Positions 46,025-57,990 of a stretch of 64,000 nt of DNA are shown here, one piece after another. Location: the IMG/VR virus record IMGVR_UViG_3300021431_000081, positions 1 to 64,000 of that record; one strand, given 5' to 3'. The position numbers and the translations under genes are program-made. How positions within the stretch are numbered: the first letter of the stretch is position 1; each line of letters begins with the position of its first letter. The stretch comes from a virus. Lineage: Duplodnaviria > Caudoviricetes. The notes beneath the pieces are model-generated. The model saw only the letters and a program-made list of their open reading frames with translations, was not told the DNA's origin and did no database searches.

Positions 46025-47437
46025 TTAACTAAAATTGCCGTCTAAAATAATGACATCACCGGCTGTTTGTACTAATCCATTGGCATTAAAGCTTGTCATG
46101 TTCAACGCCACATTACTAGATCCATCAAAGTCTACAGCAGCTGCAGATCCCTTACCAGTAATAGAGAAGCTGACTGCCGTCTTTAACTTGGTAGCAGTAG
46201 CTGCCGTAGTAGCAGAATCCGCTGTTCCCGCACTGGATGCCTTACCTGCAAAGTTTGTTGCGGTAATTGTCTTCGTACTGGGATTGATGGTAATGCCTGT
46301 ATTATAAATTGCTTTTTGCGCACTTCCAGAAGTAGGAGAAGTGTTTGCAGACGCTAAAAGCGGATAAGCACCATTTGCTGTTGAGGATGTCTGTTTTACA
46401 TTCTCATCAGTAGTCTTATAACCTTTTCCCTCTACAAAAGTGGCTACTGCAGCACTTGTTGGTAAGTTAGTAGAAGTAGAACCTGCACTAATAGAAGAGT
46501 CAATCTGCTTGATTGATGCTTCACCCAGTGTAATAGTTCCTGATTTCGCAGTAGTTGTTAAGTCTGAAGTAGTAGTACTATACTTCAGGAATGTCTCAGA
46601 TTCATTACCTGCAGGAATATAACTCCAGTCAGAATTACCAACACTTCCTGACTTTAAGGCAATAAACAAATCCCCAACTTTTGCTGCCTGACCTGCATAA
46701 GTTCCTGCCTTGAATACCTTATAGGTATCACCGATTACAACATTTGAAGTAGGAAGAGCGGTTACATCACCACCAGTACCTACTGTTCCTTTGAATACCA
46801 TGGCATCAGATGCAGCAATCTTTGTACTGATCTGAGTATCAACGTACTGTTTAGTGGCTGCACCCAAGTCTGTCGTAGGATTAGCATGTAATGTTACAGC
46901 ACCAGTAAACGTACCGCCAGACTTTGGCATAGCTGCTTCCGCAGTCTCTTTTGCCTGATCAGCAATTCCTTTAGCGGTAGCTGCATCTGTCACACCTTGA
47001 TCGGCTTTTGCCATGGCACTTGCTACTGCTTTTGATGTAGCAGCTGTATCAGATGATGTAGAAGTCGTAGAATCAGAGAGCTTTACTACACCCTTCTGTC
47101 CCGTAGTACCATCCTTAATACTGATCTTTCCATCTGTTCCTACATCAATATTTGTACCAACAATTACACCACCCAATGTAGTACTAGTTGCTTTTGGTAA
47201 TTCATACGCAGCACTAGAAATTAAATTGGCAATTTCTGTTGGCGTGAGAGTAGCATATGGTAAATCGGACCATTTATTAGTACCGTCACCTACTTTAAAT
47301 TTGGGAATCCCAGAGGTGGTCAGCTCAATACAAATTTCACCTTTCATAGGAACTAAATTTGCATTACTACTTTCAGCCCATTGTGCCGTTGTTTTTGTAC
47401 ATACCAATAATCTAGAATTTAATGTTGTACTTGCCAT
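46025..47437 (-). CDS. tail fibre protein with Mtd-N-like anchor
   Basis: W...GEI...KFKVGDG..W.DLPY, GVVKLSDST fibre repeat and AATKQYVD. Confidence 0.8.
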   Translation of the reverse strand: MASTTLNSRLLVCTKTTAQWAESSNANLVPMKGEICIELTTSGIPKFKVGDGTNKWSDLPYATLTPTEIANLISSAAYELPKATSTTLGGVIVGTNIDVGTDGKISIKDGTTGQKGVVKLSDSTTSTSSDTAATSKAVASAMAKADQGVTDAATAKGIADQAKETAEAAMPKSGGTFTGAVTLHANPTTDLGAATKQYVDTQISTKIAASDAMVFKGTVGTGGDVTALPTSNVVIGDTYKVFKAGTYAGQAAKVGDLFIALKSGSVGNSDWSYIPAGNESETFLKYSTTTSDLTTTAKSGTITLGEASIKQIDSSISAGSTSTNLPTSAAVATFVEGKGYKTTDENVKQTSSTANGAYPLLASANTSPTSGSAQKAIYNTGITINPSTKTITATNFAGKASSAGTADSATTAATATKLKTAVSFSITGKGSAAAVDFDGSSNVALNMTSFNANGLVQTAGDVIILDGNFS

Positions 47438-47450
47438 AATTCACCTCCTT

Positions 47451-47765
47451 TTAAGAAAAATCCCCATTTATTACTTGTATCTCATTATAGTCACTGCCAA
47501 CAACTACATAACGCAATAATTCTTCACTATACACATATATTTTATTACTTCCTAAATCTACATATAAATGTGCATCTTCTCCCACGGCAGGAAATTCTAA
47601 ATAGTCATTAGCAAAGTGTAATTCTGGCGTATTGGCTTCCTGCTTATATTTCTGGAAAAGCTTTAATATTTCCTCATGATAAGTAGAAAGCCCATTTAAA
47701 TTAATCAATTTTTCATATACGTTAGGAGATGCATTAGTAGTTGTTGTTTCATTATTATCTGGCAT
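47451..47765 (-). CDS. small fibre-associated adaptor
   Basis: KLINLNGLSTY, FPAVGED..LYVD..NKIY and C-terminal INGDFS. Confidence 0.7.
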   Translation of the reverse strand: MPDNNETTTTNASPNVYEKLINLNGLSTYHEEILKLFQKYKQEANTPELHFANDYLEFPAVGEDAHLYVDLGSNKIYVYSEELLRYVVVGSDYNEIQVINGDFS

Positions 47766-47782
47766 ATGCACTCCTTTCTACA

Positions 47783-48643
47783 TTACGTGCTAGTAAACAA
47801 TGCTCTGATATCTGCTTCAGTAGCAACAGTAATATTAATTGAACTATTCTCTAAAGCAATAAGTCGATCTGTATGATTACTGATTGTATTGTTCATAGTG
47901 GTAATATTACCTTCAACTGTAGTAACCCGGTCTCCCAGTGAACTAACAGCAGTTTGAATCTGTCCTACTTTTTCATCGGTATATTGTTTTGCATCCTCTA
48001 AAACCTGCGCATCTGCTGTGGCAGCAGCTGTAGCAGCATCTGCTAATATGTTCGCTTTCTCTGCTACAATACGGTCATTGACATAAGTCTGAGTAGCGTA
48101 GCCATCCAGATTAACCGAAGTATCACCGATCTTCTGTAACGTACCTTGAAGTTTCATCCATTCCTGATACTTATCAGAACCAGTCACAGTAGTATCTTTA
48201 ATCAGATACATTACATTTTCTTTGGCTTCAGCATCTGTAGGTAATTCATCTACAACTACTGTAGTTAATGAATGGATCTTACCTACTTCCTCTGCAATTA
48301 AAGCTTCCACTTCATTCTGTGTTACCAGATCACTAAGCGCAATACCGCCATCAATAATCTGTCCATTGGCATCAAATACACCGATATTTCCTGATAATGC
48401 AGATACCACTTTACGCATTACTGCATCTAAATTTGTCTCAGGAATAGTAATAGAATAAGCGGGTACAGCACCACTGGCAATAGGCTCAGATGTACGATAA
48501 AACTCTAAGGATTTACCGTCCTGACTAAGCATAACAGTTTTTAATGATTTCGCATCACCGCTATCAATATACTGTTTAATTAATTGATCATATAGTGTAA
48601 TATTATCGAGCGAAATATACTTAATCTGATTTGTGTCTGCCAT
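47783..48643 (-). CDS. fibre-associated structural protein
   Basis: VVDELP...MYL...KYQEW...IG...LDGYAT module, a coiled coil and C-terminal ATEADIRALF. Confidence 0.7.
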   Translation of the reverse strand: MADTNQIKYISLDNITLYDQLIKQYIDSGDAKSLKTVMLSQDGKSLEFYRTSEPIASGAVPAYSITIPETNLDAVMRKVVSALSGNIGVFDANGQIIDGGIALSDLVTQNEVEALIAEEVGKIHSLTTVVVDELPTDAEAKENVMYLIKDTTVTGSDKYQEWMKLQGTLQKIGDTSVNLDGYATQTYVNDRIVAEKANILADAATAAATADAQVLEDAKQYTDEKVGQIQTAVSSLGDRVTTVEGNITTMNNTISNHTDRLIALENSSINITVATEADIRALFTST

Positions 48644-48658
48644 GTTCTCCCTCCTTTA

Positions 48659-49537
48659 CTAATTAAATAGATTCTCAATATTTTCCTGATCTTCCATAAC
48701 TAATTTCTGCGATAATCTTAAATCAAACTTCTCATTAAATGTTGCATCCATAGCTTCATCCACTACATCATAAACAACACTCTCTACACCTTCTCGTACT
48801 AATTCCCGAATGTATTCCAAAGCATTATCACGGGTAATTATATTTAACGCCTGAAGTTTAGCATCTACTTCACTATCTGTTAAGTAGCCCTGTTCTTTAA
48901 TCCACTCATCTGTTATATAACTGCGTCTGGTAACTTTTTCTTCATCAACAAAATAATCCGTAATAGAAGAGGATGATATAACTTTTATAGCCTTTCCATC
49001 CTCATAGGTATCTATGGTAATCAGATCATTGTTTATATTCTGGAACACTGTCTCCAATTGATCTGATATTTTATAAGCACCTTTTATTTTATACATACCA
49101 TCTTCCAATTCACTTAATACTACCGGGTCTTCAATAGTCCCGCCTATATTGTCAATTGGTCTGTTACCTATGGTATTGTAATCAAGATCGGAAGAATTAT
49201 ATACACTAATAGATTGGATATAGTAAGTGCCATTACTTCTTTGATTGACCATATACGCCTGATATGATCCTGTAACAGATGAAAGCACTGAGATGATCTG
49301 ACCGGGATAAGTATCCTTATGAGAATTTAAGAAAGACTCCGCAGAAGCAACTGAGGAAAAACGATAAACACGAGACTGGATAGGAACTAATGAGAAATCG
49401 TCTGTAACCAACAGCATCTCCTGTGTGTCGGAACAAAGAACAATATCCCATTGATTCACTGTACCTGCGTTTATATGATCTTGAATTTCTCTGTATGAAC
49501 TAAAGAAAAATCGGGAGTGCCTACCATAATCTGCCAT
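48659..49537 (-). CDS. tail-associated structural protein
   Basis: Position in the tail operon; YPGQIISV and DYNTIGNRP fibre-type motifs. Confidence 0.6.
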   Translation of the reverse strand: MADYGRHSRFFFSSYREIQDHINAGTVNQWDIVLCSDTQEMLLVTDDFSLVPIQSRVYRFSSVASAESFLNSHKDTYPGQIISVLSSVTGSYQAYMVNQRSNGTYYIQSISVYNSSDLDYNTIGNRPIDNIGGTIEDPVVLSELEDGMYKIKGAYKISDQLETVFQNINNDLITIDTYEDGKAIKVISSSSITDYFVDEEKVTRRSYITDEWIKEQGYLTDSEVDAKLQALNIITRDNALEYIRELVREGVESVVYDVVDEAMDATFNEKFDLRLSQKLVMEDQENIENLFN

Positions 49538-49558
49538 ATGATCATCACCCCTTTAATC

Positions 49559-50239
49559 TTAAATCTGATTTACCACTACATTACCACTATTCGGAGATTC
49601 ACCACCAATAGCTACTAAAATGTTATTCAGGGTCTCTAAATCAATTTCAGTTCCGATCTTAACATTATTAGCAGTTAAATAGAGAGACTTGTCATCTTCA
49701 TCTAATCTGATATTATCTGCTTTCGAAGCATTGATAATACTGGCTACTTCAGCGAGTGCTTCCGCTACCTTCTTATTCTCAACATACATAGCAGTCAGTT
49801 CAGCCAGAGCCTCTTTGGATGCATTAAACCAAGAGGTGATAGGAACAATCTTAATCGTGCCACTATTAGCACTGTTCCTTACATGCTCTACAGTATTACC
49901 GTCTGCATCCAGTTCTGCTTTAATAAAAGTAAGACTGAATTCTAACTCACCAGTTTCTGCTGTTAAGGCTGTGGTAGCTTGTGTAGTTGGTAATGTATAT
50001 AACAGATAATCATCTTTATAAGCATCATCTGTTAATACTAATTGAATAATACTATTCCGCTTGGAAATAGGCGTAATATATTCCAGAACAACATCATAAT
50101 CTGCCATTTCGTATTCATCGTTATATAATTTAGGAGTGATAAACCGAATAGAATCTACAGCATTTGATTTTTCTACTATAGCACTCGTAGCTTCAGTTCT
50201 TACTATAGCATTGTCATTTCCAATATAAAAAGTCAGCAT
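49559..50239 (-). CDS. BppU-like baseplate/fibre adaptor
   Basis: Ig-like strand pattern (SIRF..., LTAETGELEFSLTF) followed by a coiled coil. Confidence 0.55.
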   Translation of the reverse strand: MLTFYIGNDNAIVRTEATSAIVEKSNAVDSIRFITPKLYNDEYEMADYDVVLEYITPISKRNSIIQLVLTDDAYKDDYLLYTLPTTQATTALTAETGELEFSLTFIKAELDADGNTVEHVRNSANSGTIKIVPITSWFNASKEALAELTAMYVENKKVAEALAEVASIINASKADNIRLDEDDKSLYLTANNVKIGTEIDLETLNNILVAIGGESPNSGNVVVNQI

Positions 50240-50254
50240 AGTTTCCTCCTTTCG

Positions 50255-50401
50255 TTAATCTTCAGATATGATGTACTCATATTCTTCCTGAGTGATATTT
50301 TTAGCGGTTCTCATCATTATAATTTTTTCTTTGGTAACAAGTCCCTTTTTGTAAAGACTTCTTAAAGTCTCAACGACATCACTGTATTTTTGCTCTGCCA
50401 T
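50255..50401 (-). CDS. XkdX-like small protein (not in ORF track)
   Basis: MAEQKYSDVVETLRSLYKKGLVTKEKIIMMRTAKNITQEEYEYIISED*; ITxEEYxxI is the XkdX-type motif. Confidence 0.75.
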   Translation of the reverse strand: MAEQKYSDVVETLRSLYKKGLVTKEKIIMMRTAKNITQEEYEYIISED

Positions 50402-50402
50402 T

Positions 50403-50735
50403 TTAAATCCCCCTCTCTAAGATTTCTAATAAAAAATCTTCTCTTATCTCTTGAGCGGTCTTAAAATTATTTTTATCTAATGTTTTATATTCGTTTTCGG
50501 ATATCTCCTCTAAAGATACCGTGAGATATTTATCCTGTATAGGAAAGGGTAGAAGAGCGCTTGTATTATAAATCTTTTCTTTGTCTGATAGGAAACCTTG
50601 TGCTTGTGCTTTGTTACAACGAACAGGAATTCCATGTACAGCTTGAAACTTTACATATACTGGCCCAACACTATCTTCATAGGATAGAAGATCAATTACT
50701 TTCCTATTCCAAATAACTTTAAAATATTTCTTCAT
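50403..50735 (-). CDS. tail-associated hypothetical protein (XkdX partner)
   Basis: 110-aa ORF directly upstream of the XkdX-like gene. Confidence 0.6.
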   Translation of the reverse strand: MKKYFKVIWNRKVIDLLSYEDSVGPVYVKFQAVHGIPVRCNKAQAQGFLSDKEKIYNTSALLPFPIQDKYLTVSLEEISENEYKTLDKNNFKTAQEIREDFLLEILERGI

Positions 50736-50759
50736 AATAAGGATCTCCTATATATAAAA

Positions 50760-50792
50760 TAATAGAGCCGTTAACAAGTAACGACTCTATTA
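50760..50792 (-). terminator. intrinsic terminator
   Basis: On the minus strand: TAATAGAGTCGTT-loop-AACGGCTCTATTA followed by TTTT. Confidence 0.65.
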
Positions 50793-50802
50793 TAATGTAT
50801 GG

Positions 50803-53800
50803 TTAAATTGAGAATTCAATACAAATACCCTGAGTACCTGAAGAACTCCAGTAGTCTTCCGTACCTGCAGCATAATCATCATTATCACCACAGATGGAGT
50901 ACCAAGTGTAACTGTAGTTCGGCATAGCGGATCTCGTCATATAACGTCCAACTGTACCATCAGGATAAGCACGTTTACGATCATTTGATGTAATGATATA
51001 ATCAACAGTATAAGAACCATTCTCATCTGGTTCACCTGCTTCCTGATCATAAGGGTATCTGTTATAATTACTATTCAGTTCCAGAATAGATGGAATGGTG
51101 AAGTAGCAATCACCATAGTTAATTACCGCATTCTGTTCATTTGAACCAGAACCAGTATAACCTGTATTAGCGCCAATCTTACATTGCTTTAACAGTTGTC
51201 TCCATACCACAGGAACAGCCTGATAGAATCTGCCATTCAGTATGGTATTGCTTTCACTACGTACCCAACCACCAATATTTGAACCTGTAGCAACCGTCAT
51301 AGGATTGGAGAGCAGCTTATCTGCAATGAATGAAAGAGTAGATCTTGCACCAGAGTTATCTGAGAGATAGTAACGTCTAAATCCAGACACCTCACCTGTA
51401 ATCTCTTCATGAGGCCACAGAGCCATCTGTCTGCAAGCAGTATCACCCAGATCTGCGTAATACAGTTTAGCACCATAGATTGTACCTACAGAATAAGATC
51501 CTAAGATACCATCATCCGCTCTGGTTGCTCCAAAGATCAAAGTAGCACCATTGGTAGTAATACATCTGGATGCAGATATTACATTATATCCAATTGCGGG
51601 ATTTGGCATATTGCCAGTATAAACGTACAGATCGGTTTCACCCTTCTTATGCCGTAATACAACCATATCACGAGTGTCTGTATTACCCGCACTTACAGAT
51701 GTACCACCCCACAATACTTTATTGCCAGATGCATATCTGAATTGGAATCCGTTCATACCATTTGCCTGATAGCACTGGAAGAGTACAGAATTTGCACGAG
51801 TGGAAGAATCCATCTCATAATCTACTACCAAAATCCAGTCTTTATCTACATCCAATAACGGAATACCAGTATCTACATAATCACCCTTCACACCAGTAAA
51901 GGTTCTAGGACCGTTCGGGAACAGATCCACAGATTCAATGTTACTGTAGTTAAAGTCAATACCCATAGTAAAGCTGAGACTGTCTTTACTGTGAATGGTC
52001 ACGGGCAGATCACCTGTATCAGGATCTCTTAACTTGATCATAGCATATATCTGTGAAGGAGTCATCTCAGATAATGGAGTATTCTGTAAATCAGATTCAT
52101 TGTAATGATAAGAATCAAAGTCAGCTTCAACCACAATATCCTTCGTTAAGATAGGATATGTCTTCCAACCTTTGAATAAATGGTAAATATAGGACGCTTC
52201 CTGTTTGGTATAAACAGGCAATTCACCTGTATACTCCACAGCATCTCCATAGTTGCCCTTCAAAGTCTGAAGTACCGTACCGTCATAATTGACGAACTGA
52301 CAAGTATACTGGTGAGGAGTCTCATCATATACAGCCGTAATGGTTCTATCACTACGTACATTGGTTAACTGCAAATCCCAACCAGAGTAAGTATAGTCTG
52401 TTGCAATGGTCTCACCATCTTCCAGATAGATCACCATGGTTGGTGTAGGAATAGGATTAACCGCTCTGGTAACAGGATCTTCGGCATTCTGTCCTTCAAT
52501 TATATGTTGTACGTCCCAAACCGCATGGGCAGGATCAGGATCTATACTAGGATTACGGAATGTTACCGTATATGCTCTTAATATAGCGTCTGATGGAACA
52601 TCTACCATTAAGTCAGGCCAGATGTCATTATATGTCTCAAGTGTAAAAGTATCTGTAGTAGGAAGATGTACCGTACCACTTAAGATAGACTGCGTGATAT
52701 CATATCCAGATGCATCTACACCAGTAAGGTTAAGTAATGGTCTAAGCCAAGAATCTTCAACGGTCCAATCAATGCCAGTTGCTCTTAATCTATAAAGATT
52801 TGTAGCACGAGTAATCATATCCACCAAGTTTATTGTAGGACAAGATTCTGCTACAATTCGCTGTAAGTTTGTATAACCTGCAATCTGGAGATCTGTTAAA
52901 TAAACCAGATTTTTCAGAGTAATGGATGCAATAGCAGGTAAATGTGCCTTAGTAATTTTACCACCAGATGCAAATGTAATACCTGCCAGTCCAGTTCCTT
53001 CAGCATAGAATGTCTCTAAATTCGGGCATCCACTGAAATCTAATGTACCTGTCAAGTTAGGAGCATTCCTAACATCCAGGGTTTGCAGTAATACATTGTT
53101 ACCAATGTTTAATGTAGTCAGGAAGTTGTTGACATAGCCAGATGTAGTATTACCAATAATCAGCGTTCTTAACTTCGTAGCTTTGCTGAAGTCATTATCA
53201 TGGATATAACAAGCTGACAGATCATTCAATTCCTGAATTCTGGATGCGCAGTAAATAAGCACCGCAGTATCATCCATAGTAGTATAAGGACAGGTAACCT
53301 CATACGTCTGTCCTGCTTTTGCTCTGATCTGTTTTACAGAACTGTTACCAAATAAAACTGACAGATACATATCAGAATAAGGAACAATGCTCAGAGTGTA
53401 ATTCGGTGCTACCACTGCTGTAGTAGGAGTATTACATCTGAACATGATTTGATCAGAAGTTACGCTACTAGCAAGATGTTTACTGCCCATGTACTTCTCC
53501 TGATCACGTTCGAACTGTCTACGCTGATATTTTTTACGACCATTCATCATGGAATTCAGGAATCTGGTATTACCATTTCTATAAGGACGTAAGTACTTTC
53601 TTTCAATATCGAGTCTCCATAATTCTTCAGGGAACTGACTCTGCCAGTTATCAAACTGATTGATCAGTGAAGTAGCACTCCAACATCCCGTACCATCCAG
53701 AGACTGGTACATAACATTTAATCTATCAGGGAATAAGTAACGTATTCTTCTCCAGAATACGGAATCAGCTGCATTGTAAATCCAACCAGAGGCAGGATCA

Positions 53801-56800
53801 CCGTCTGAACGATAATCAATATCTTCTTTGCCATAAGGCATAGTTAATTCTCCCGTATTGTTAATTCCAATACTACTATCAAAATCATAGCCCCATAACT
53901 CAAATCTGTACTTACCATCAGCACACTTACCATAATGCCAGAATGTATTCTTGGAACGGTTATCAATCATAGTGTATCTCTCAGTAAATAAATACCAGAA
54001 AAGAGGAGAATCCACGATCATCCAGTCACTCAATTCATTGACGAATTCTTCATCAGTGGATGTTACCACCCAACCATAAAAGTCACGCCATACTTGCTTA
54101 TTCTCTAATTCCTGTTGTTCTTTTTCTGCTTCGGTTGCAGTAGACAATCCATCCTTGACCTCACCGCCAAGTTCATATCTAAATTCGAAAGTTTCATCCC
54201 ATTCATTATACAGACTATCATACTTAGGATTACCCGGCTTCCATTCAGCAGAAGTGATAGGATACTTAATGCTGCCATCTGCATTATAAACACCTGTATC
54301 AAAGGTGGAATTCGGTAAAGTATTATCACTGATTTCTATGCAGAATTCTTTAAGATCATTAGGATCGTTTACTCTGGTTACGTCAGTTTTCTTAGAATCA
54401 CCAATATTACCTATAGAATAGAAGTGCCATTCAGTATCTTGGAATTCACGGTGAGTAGTAACATCTGGATCGTTCTCACGAATAAAGACTACGCAGTTAG
54501 CAAATTCCATTGCATTTTTAACCTTGGGGTCATTTTCTCTGGCAACTGATAAGTAGGGGAGATAAGTATTATAACGATTCTGTAATTGTGCGTTATTTGC
54601 ATTTTCAGAGGAGGCCACGTTAACTTTTATATTGAACCAATTATTTGGTACAGAGTTCCTAGTCAGACTAACTTTACCTGTACCATCTGAAATAACGCTA
54701 CCATCACCTAACGTCAGCTTCGTTACGTAATTTGTATCCAGAGGAATCTTAGATATGATCTGATGCTCTCCATCAGCGCACATAATTATATCTATGTTCC
54801 TAGAGGAAGCACCATATTCGTTGGAGGTCGTCCCTTGTCCGGCGTGATAACAGTTCTCAAATGTCCAGTTATCTAACGTAGCATCTCCACCTTTATAAAT
54901 ACACTGCACCTTGGTATTCTTTACATAGTCTTTCTTGTTGTTCGTAAAGTATGGCGCATCAATCTTTATAATTCTTAACTGAGGACATTTTTCTGCTAAT
55001 GTCTCAGGTGTCAGATTATTATTCTCATCGTAGATCTGATTACGATTATAACGGCTTACCATTTCTTCTGCAGTACGTGCATCCGCAATAAAATTATTCA
55101 GAATATCCGAATCAGAAAGAGAAGAGTTGTAGCATTTCATTCTGTAAATCCAGATATCACATTCTGTTGAACCGAATGTAATACCAACAGGATCACTCTG
55201 CGTGAAGGAATCATCTGCACCATAAATCATAGGACGCAACCCTACACCATCTTCATAACTCATTACCATAGGAATATCTGAAGTATCCTTAGAAATATTG
55301 AATTCGAATTCAATAATGTCTTCTTCTGATAAAGGAATTTCTAACGAATTAACGGTTGATTTAACGTAAGTATAATGAGGTTTGCCAATTAAACCTACTT
55401 GAGATGTTTCTGAAGAACAACTCATCCAAGTAGTATTAATATCTCTTACATTTGTAATCTTATAAATTAATTTGAATTCTTTACCATTACGTTTAGCATC
55501 ATCACTAAATAATTGATAATCAAATGTAGCAGTAGTACCTGCCTTTACGCAGAAATACTGATCTCCTGCTTCATCAATCTGATAACCACCATTTACCCAG
55601 TCGAAGTTCTCAGATACAGACATAGAGTATGTACCATTTGTCCAAATTCTGTCAGCACTATTGTTGCTCTTGCCTACCGGGTTAAAGTCTACCTGTAAAT
55701 TAGCAGTAATAGGCGTTACATCAATATCCAGTTTCGTAACATTTACAGATATAGTTTTAATGATATTACGACACTTAATGGATAATGCATGTTGACCTAC
55801 GTCTGCGGATTTATATGACCATGTGTGAGTACCATTAGTAACAGTTAATGTAGACACTACCGTACCGTCTACTGACAAATAGATAGTAGGAGATTCTGTA
55901 TTTGGATCGTAAACAGTATATCTAATATTATTAGTATTATACTGAACAGTAGAAATAGTTTGTTGCGCTACACCAATAACAGGAACAGATGAGTTTTCAT
56001 CATAATAAATGATATCCTTGAAAATATGATCTGTTTCAATAGGAGTGCTATTAATATTGGCAGTGGCCCACATCTCTAACAGATGAGCGCCATGCGCTTT
56101 TTCTGGCAGAGTGTAACTCATTGGAATACCCGAAGAAGTAGTTGTTACAGATTCTAATTCTGTTCCATCTAACTTAAAGTGTATTACCTTGGAAACACTA
56201 CCATAAGGCGTATAATCGACACTGATCGGTCCAATAGGATAAGTAAATCCATCATTAAAACTGGATTCTAATCGAATATCTACTATCTGTACTGTCCACG
56301 CACGAGTACCAATCGTACCGTTATCATCTTCAATGGACAGTAAGAGTCTCTGAGATCCTAATGATACATAACTGGTAATATCAAATTCGTAATCCTGATC
56401 AGATGTCAGATTCTGTGTACCAATCACGGTATTGCCAATTCTCCATGTAGCAAAACCGCCTAATCCAATACCAGAACTATCCACAGATTTATAATGGTAT
56501 TTCAATACAACCTTACTGCCTACTAATGCGGTAACAGGTGTAGTGGTAATATATTGGATCGTAATAGTAGAAGAGGAACTAGACCCCCCACCCCCACCAC
56601 CAACGATCTTATACGCACTGACAACTGTAGGATTTGCCATCGCTTCATCATCAGGCTCATATTCCAACAGTTTTAATTTATATTTGTCTTCTTCAGATGC
56701 ACTTTCATCTGTGTTATAATCTAATCTATATTTTTTACCGCCATCCGAAGTTGCACCACTAATAGCTGTTTCTAATTCTGCAATCTTATTACCAAGTGTA

Positions 56801-57969
56801 CCAATACTGGTTTTGTTGGTATTTGCAGTAGATGTGGTTTCATTTAATGCGGTCTGTAATGCGGTAACAGAAGAAGTATCCGCTTTTGTGGCTAACTTAT
56901 TATCCACTTCCGTAGATGTGTAATATCCATCACCTGATAACTTATTATCTAAGGCTTCTACACTATCTTCAATGGTATCCAGTCTGGCATCATTACTGGT
57001 CTGATAAGCAGTTAACGCATCAGATACCGTACCAACGGCAGAACTGATGTCATCACCAATAGAATCTCTGAAAGCAGTAGTCCATGCAGCAGATGGATCT
57101 TGAGATAAGTCATGATGGCTTAATTCGTTTTCGCCATCATAGAATGTTATTACATGAGAAGTTGCATTATAAGTAACACTTAAATTAAGTGCATGATTGT
57201 CTACTTCTTCTTTGGTATAATAATTGACTAATGCATTGGCAATCTGAGTATTTAAATCCTCTCTTACATTACCCTCAACAGTAGCCACCACATTATCTTT
57301 TTCCTGATTGAATTCATCTAATTTTTCTGATACAGAGTCAACCGCTTCCTGTGCATCGGTGGCAGCAGTTTTAGCTTCTGTTACAGCTGCATTGATCTGG
57401 ATCAGATAAGAATTCCATCCATCATCAGGTTCAATTAAACTATCATAAGATAATCCTTCTAATACATTTAATTGATTATTGGGACGAGTCTTCCAGACAT
57501 AATTACCTGCAGATGTTGAACCAGTGGCCTGAATCTCAAACTTAATATTACCTTTGGATTTGGTCATGGCATTGTTGACCAGTAAATGGAACTTAATATA
57601 AGAATCATTATAGGAAACATTACATGCTACACTAATGATCCCTTCACCATCTGCATTCAACACATAAAACTGAATCAACATCTTTGTTAAATCAATACCA
57701 TCTGCATATCTTGGCATCCGAAAACCAATTAACTGAGCATGATTTTCCTGCGTGATATTGATCTGATCACTGGCTACTGTTACTGTTTTAGATGCTTCAA
57801 CTATGGAAGTGCTTTGATCATCTGTGTAATCTTCATACCAATTGTAACCATCTTCAACACCTAACCGTACCCACTCTGAACTATCTTCATTAACAGTATC
57901 AGCTAATGTAGCACCGTCACTTGCACTTAATAAACTCGCCCTAATCGAATCAGTGAAAGATGAAGGCAT
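50803..57969 (-). CDS. giant tail-associated protein: BppU-like + coiled coil + Ig/LamG-like + CotH-like kinase + LRR + B-repeat-like + DUF6273-like C-terminus
   Basis: [10 protein letters not shown]...GYDFDSSIG (CotH-like catalytic region), LxxLxxxN leucine-rich repeats, VTF.N...GW repeats, and C-terminal GGW..SE...PS..E...YMTRS. Confidence 0.7.
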   Translation of the reverse strand: MPSSFTDSIRASLLSASDGATLADTVNEDSSEWVRLGVEDGYNWYEDYTDDQSTSIVEASKTVTVASDQINITQENHAQLIGFRMPRYADGIDLTKMLIQFYVLNADGEGIISVACNVSYNDSYIKFHLLVNNAMTKSKGNIKFEIQATGSTSAGNYVWKTRPNNQLNVLEGLSYDSLIEPDDGWNSYLIQINAAVTEAKTAATDAQEAVDSVSEKLDEFNQEKDNVVATVEGNVREDLNTQIANALVNYYTKEEVDNHALNLSVTYNATSHVITFYDGENELSHHDLSQDPSAAWTTAFRDSIGDDISSAVGTVSDALTAYQTSNDARLDTIEDSVEALDNKLSGDGYYTSTEVDNKLATKADTSSVTALQTALNETTSTANTNKTSIGTLGNKIAELETAISGATSDGGKKYRLDYNTDESASEEDKYKLKLLEYEPDDEAMANPTVVSAYKIVGGGGGGSSSSSTITIQYITTTPVTALVGSKVVLKYHYKSVDSSGIGLGGFATWRIGNTVIGTQNLTSDQDYEFDITSYVSLGSQRLLLSIEDDNGTIGTRAWTVQIVDIRLESSFNDGFTYPIGPISVDYTPYGSVSKVIHFKLDGTELESVTTTSSGIPMSYTLPEKAHGAHLLEMWATANINSTPIETDHIFKDIIYYDENSSVPVIGVAQQTISTVQYNTNNIRYTVYDPNTESPTIYLSVDGTVVSTLTVTNGTHTWSYKSADVGQHALSIKCRNIIKTISVNVTKLDIDVTPITANLQVDFNPVGKSNNSADRIWTNGTYSMSVSENFDWVNGGYQIDEAGDQYFCVKAGTTATFDYQLFSDDAKRNGKEFKLIYKITNVRDINTTWMSCSSETSQVGLIGKPHYTYVKSTVNSLEIPLSEEDIIEFEFNISKDTSDIPMVMSYEDGVGLRPMIYGADDSFTQSDPVGITFGSTECDIWIYRMKCYNSSLSDSDILNNFIADARTAEEMVSRYNRNQIYDENNNLTPETLAEKCPQLRIIKIDAPYFTNNKKDYVKNTKVQCIYKGGDATLDNWTFENCYHAGQGTTSNEYGASSRNIDIIMCADGEHQIISKIPLDTNYVTKLTLGDGSVISDGTGKVSLTRNSVPNNWFNIKVNVASSENANNAQLQNRYNTYLPYLSVARENDPKVKNAMEFANCVVFIRENDPDVTTHREFQDTEWHFYSIGNIGDSKKTDVTRVNDPNDLKEFCIEISDNTLPNSTFDTGVYNADGSIKYPITSAEWKPGNPKYDSLYNEWDETFEFRYELGGEVKDGLSTATEAEKEQQELENKQVWRDFYGWVVTSTDEEFVNELSDWMIVDSPLFWYLFTERYTMIDNRSKNTFWHYGKCADGKYRFELWGYDFDSSIGINNTGELTMPYGKEDIDYRSDGDPASGWIYNAADSVFWRRIRYLFPDRLNVMYQSLDGTGCWSATSLINQFDNWQSQFPEELWRLDIERKYLRPYRNGNTRFLNSMMNGRKKYQRRQFERDQEKYMGSKHLASSVTSDQIMFRCNTPTTAVVAPNYTLSIVPYSDMYLSVLFGNSSVKQIRAKAGQTYEVTCPYTTMDDTAVLIYCASRIQELNDLSACYIHDNDFSKATKLRTLIIGNTTSGYVNNFLTTLNIGNNVLLQTLDVRNAPNLTGTLDFSGCPNLETFYAEGTGLAGITFASGGKITKAHLPAIASITLKNLVYLTDLQIAGYTNLQRIVAESCPTINLVDMITRATNLYRLRATGIDWTVEDSWLRPLLNLTGVDASGYDITQSILSGTVHLPTTDTFTLETYNDIWPDLMVDVPSDAILRAYTVTFRNPSIDPDPAHAVWDVQHIIEGQNAEDPVTRAVNPIPTPTMVIYLEDGETIATDYTYSGWDLQLTNVRSDRTITAVYDETPHQYTCQFVNYDGTVLQTLKGNYGDAVEYTGELPVYTKQEASYIYHLFKGWKTYPILTKDIVVEADFDSYHYNESDLQNTPLSEMTPSQIYAMIKLRDPDTGDLPVTIHSKDSLSFTMGIDFNYSNIESVDLFPNGPRTFTGVKGDYVDTGIPLLDVDKDWILVVDYEMDSSTRANSVLFQCYQANGMNGFQFRYASGNKVLWGGTSVSAGNTDTRDMVVLRHKKGETDLYVYTGNMPNPAIGYNVISASRCITTNGATLIFGATRADDGILGSYSVGTIYGAKLYYADLGDTACRQMALWPHEEITGEVSGFRRYYLSDNSGARSTLSFIADKLLSNPMTVATGSNIGGWVRSESNTILNGRFYQAVPVVWRQLLKQCKIGANTGYTGSGSNEQNAVINYGDCYFTIPSILELNSNYNRYPYDQEAGEPDENGSYTVDYIITSNDRKRAYPDGTVGRYMTRSAMPNYSYTWYSICGDNDDYAAGTEDYWSSSGTQGICIEFSI

Positions 57970-57990
57970 ATCTTTACCCTCCTTTCTAAT

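Noticed and set aside
35355-47437. Shufflon/invertible tail-fibre cassette
   Set aside because: There are no inverted fibre fragments, no adjacent invertase and no evident repeated crossover sites; all modules are in one orientation and frame.
50803-51100. Diversity-generating retroelement target (DUF6273-like C-terminus; Mtd-N-like domains elsewhere)
   Set aside because: No reverse transcriptase or template repeat was seen in the window; one could lie outside it.
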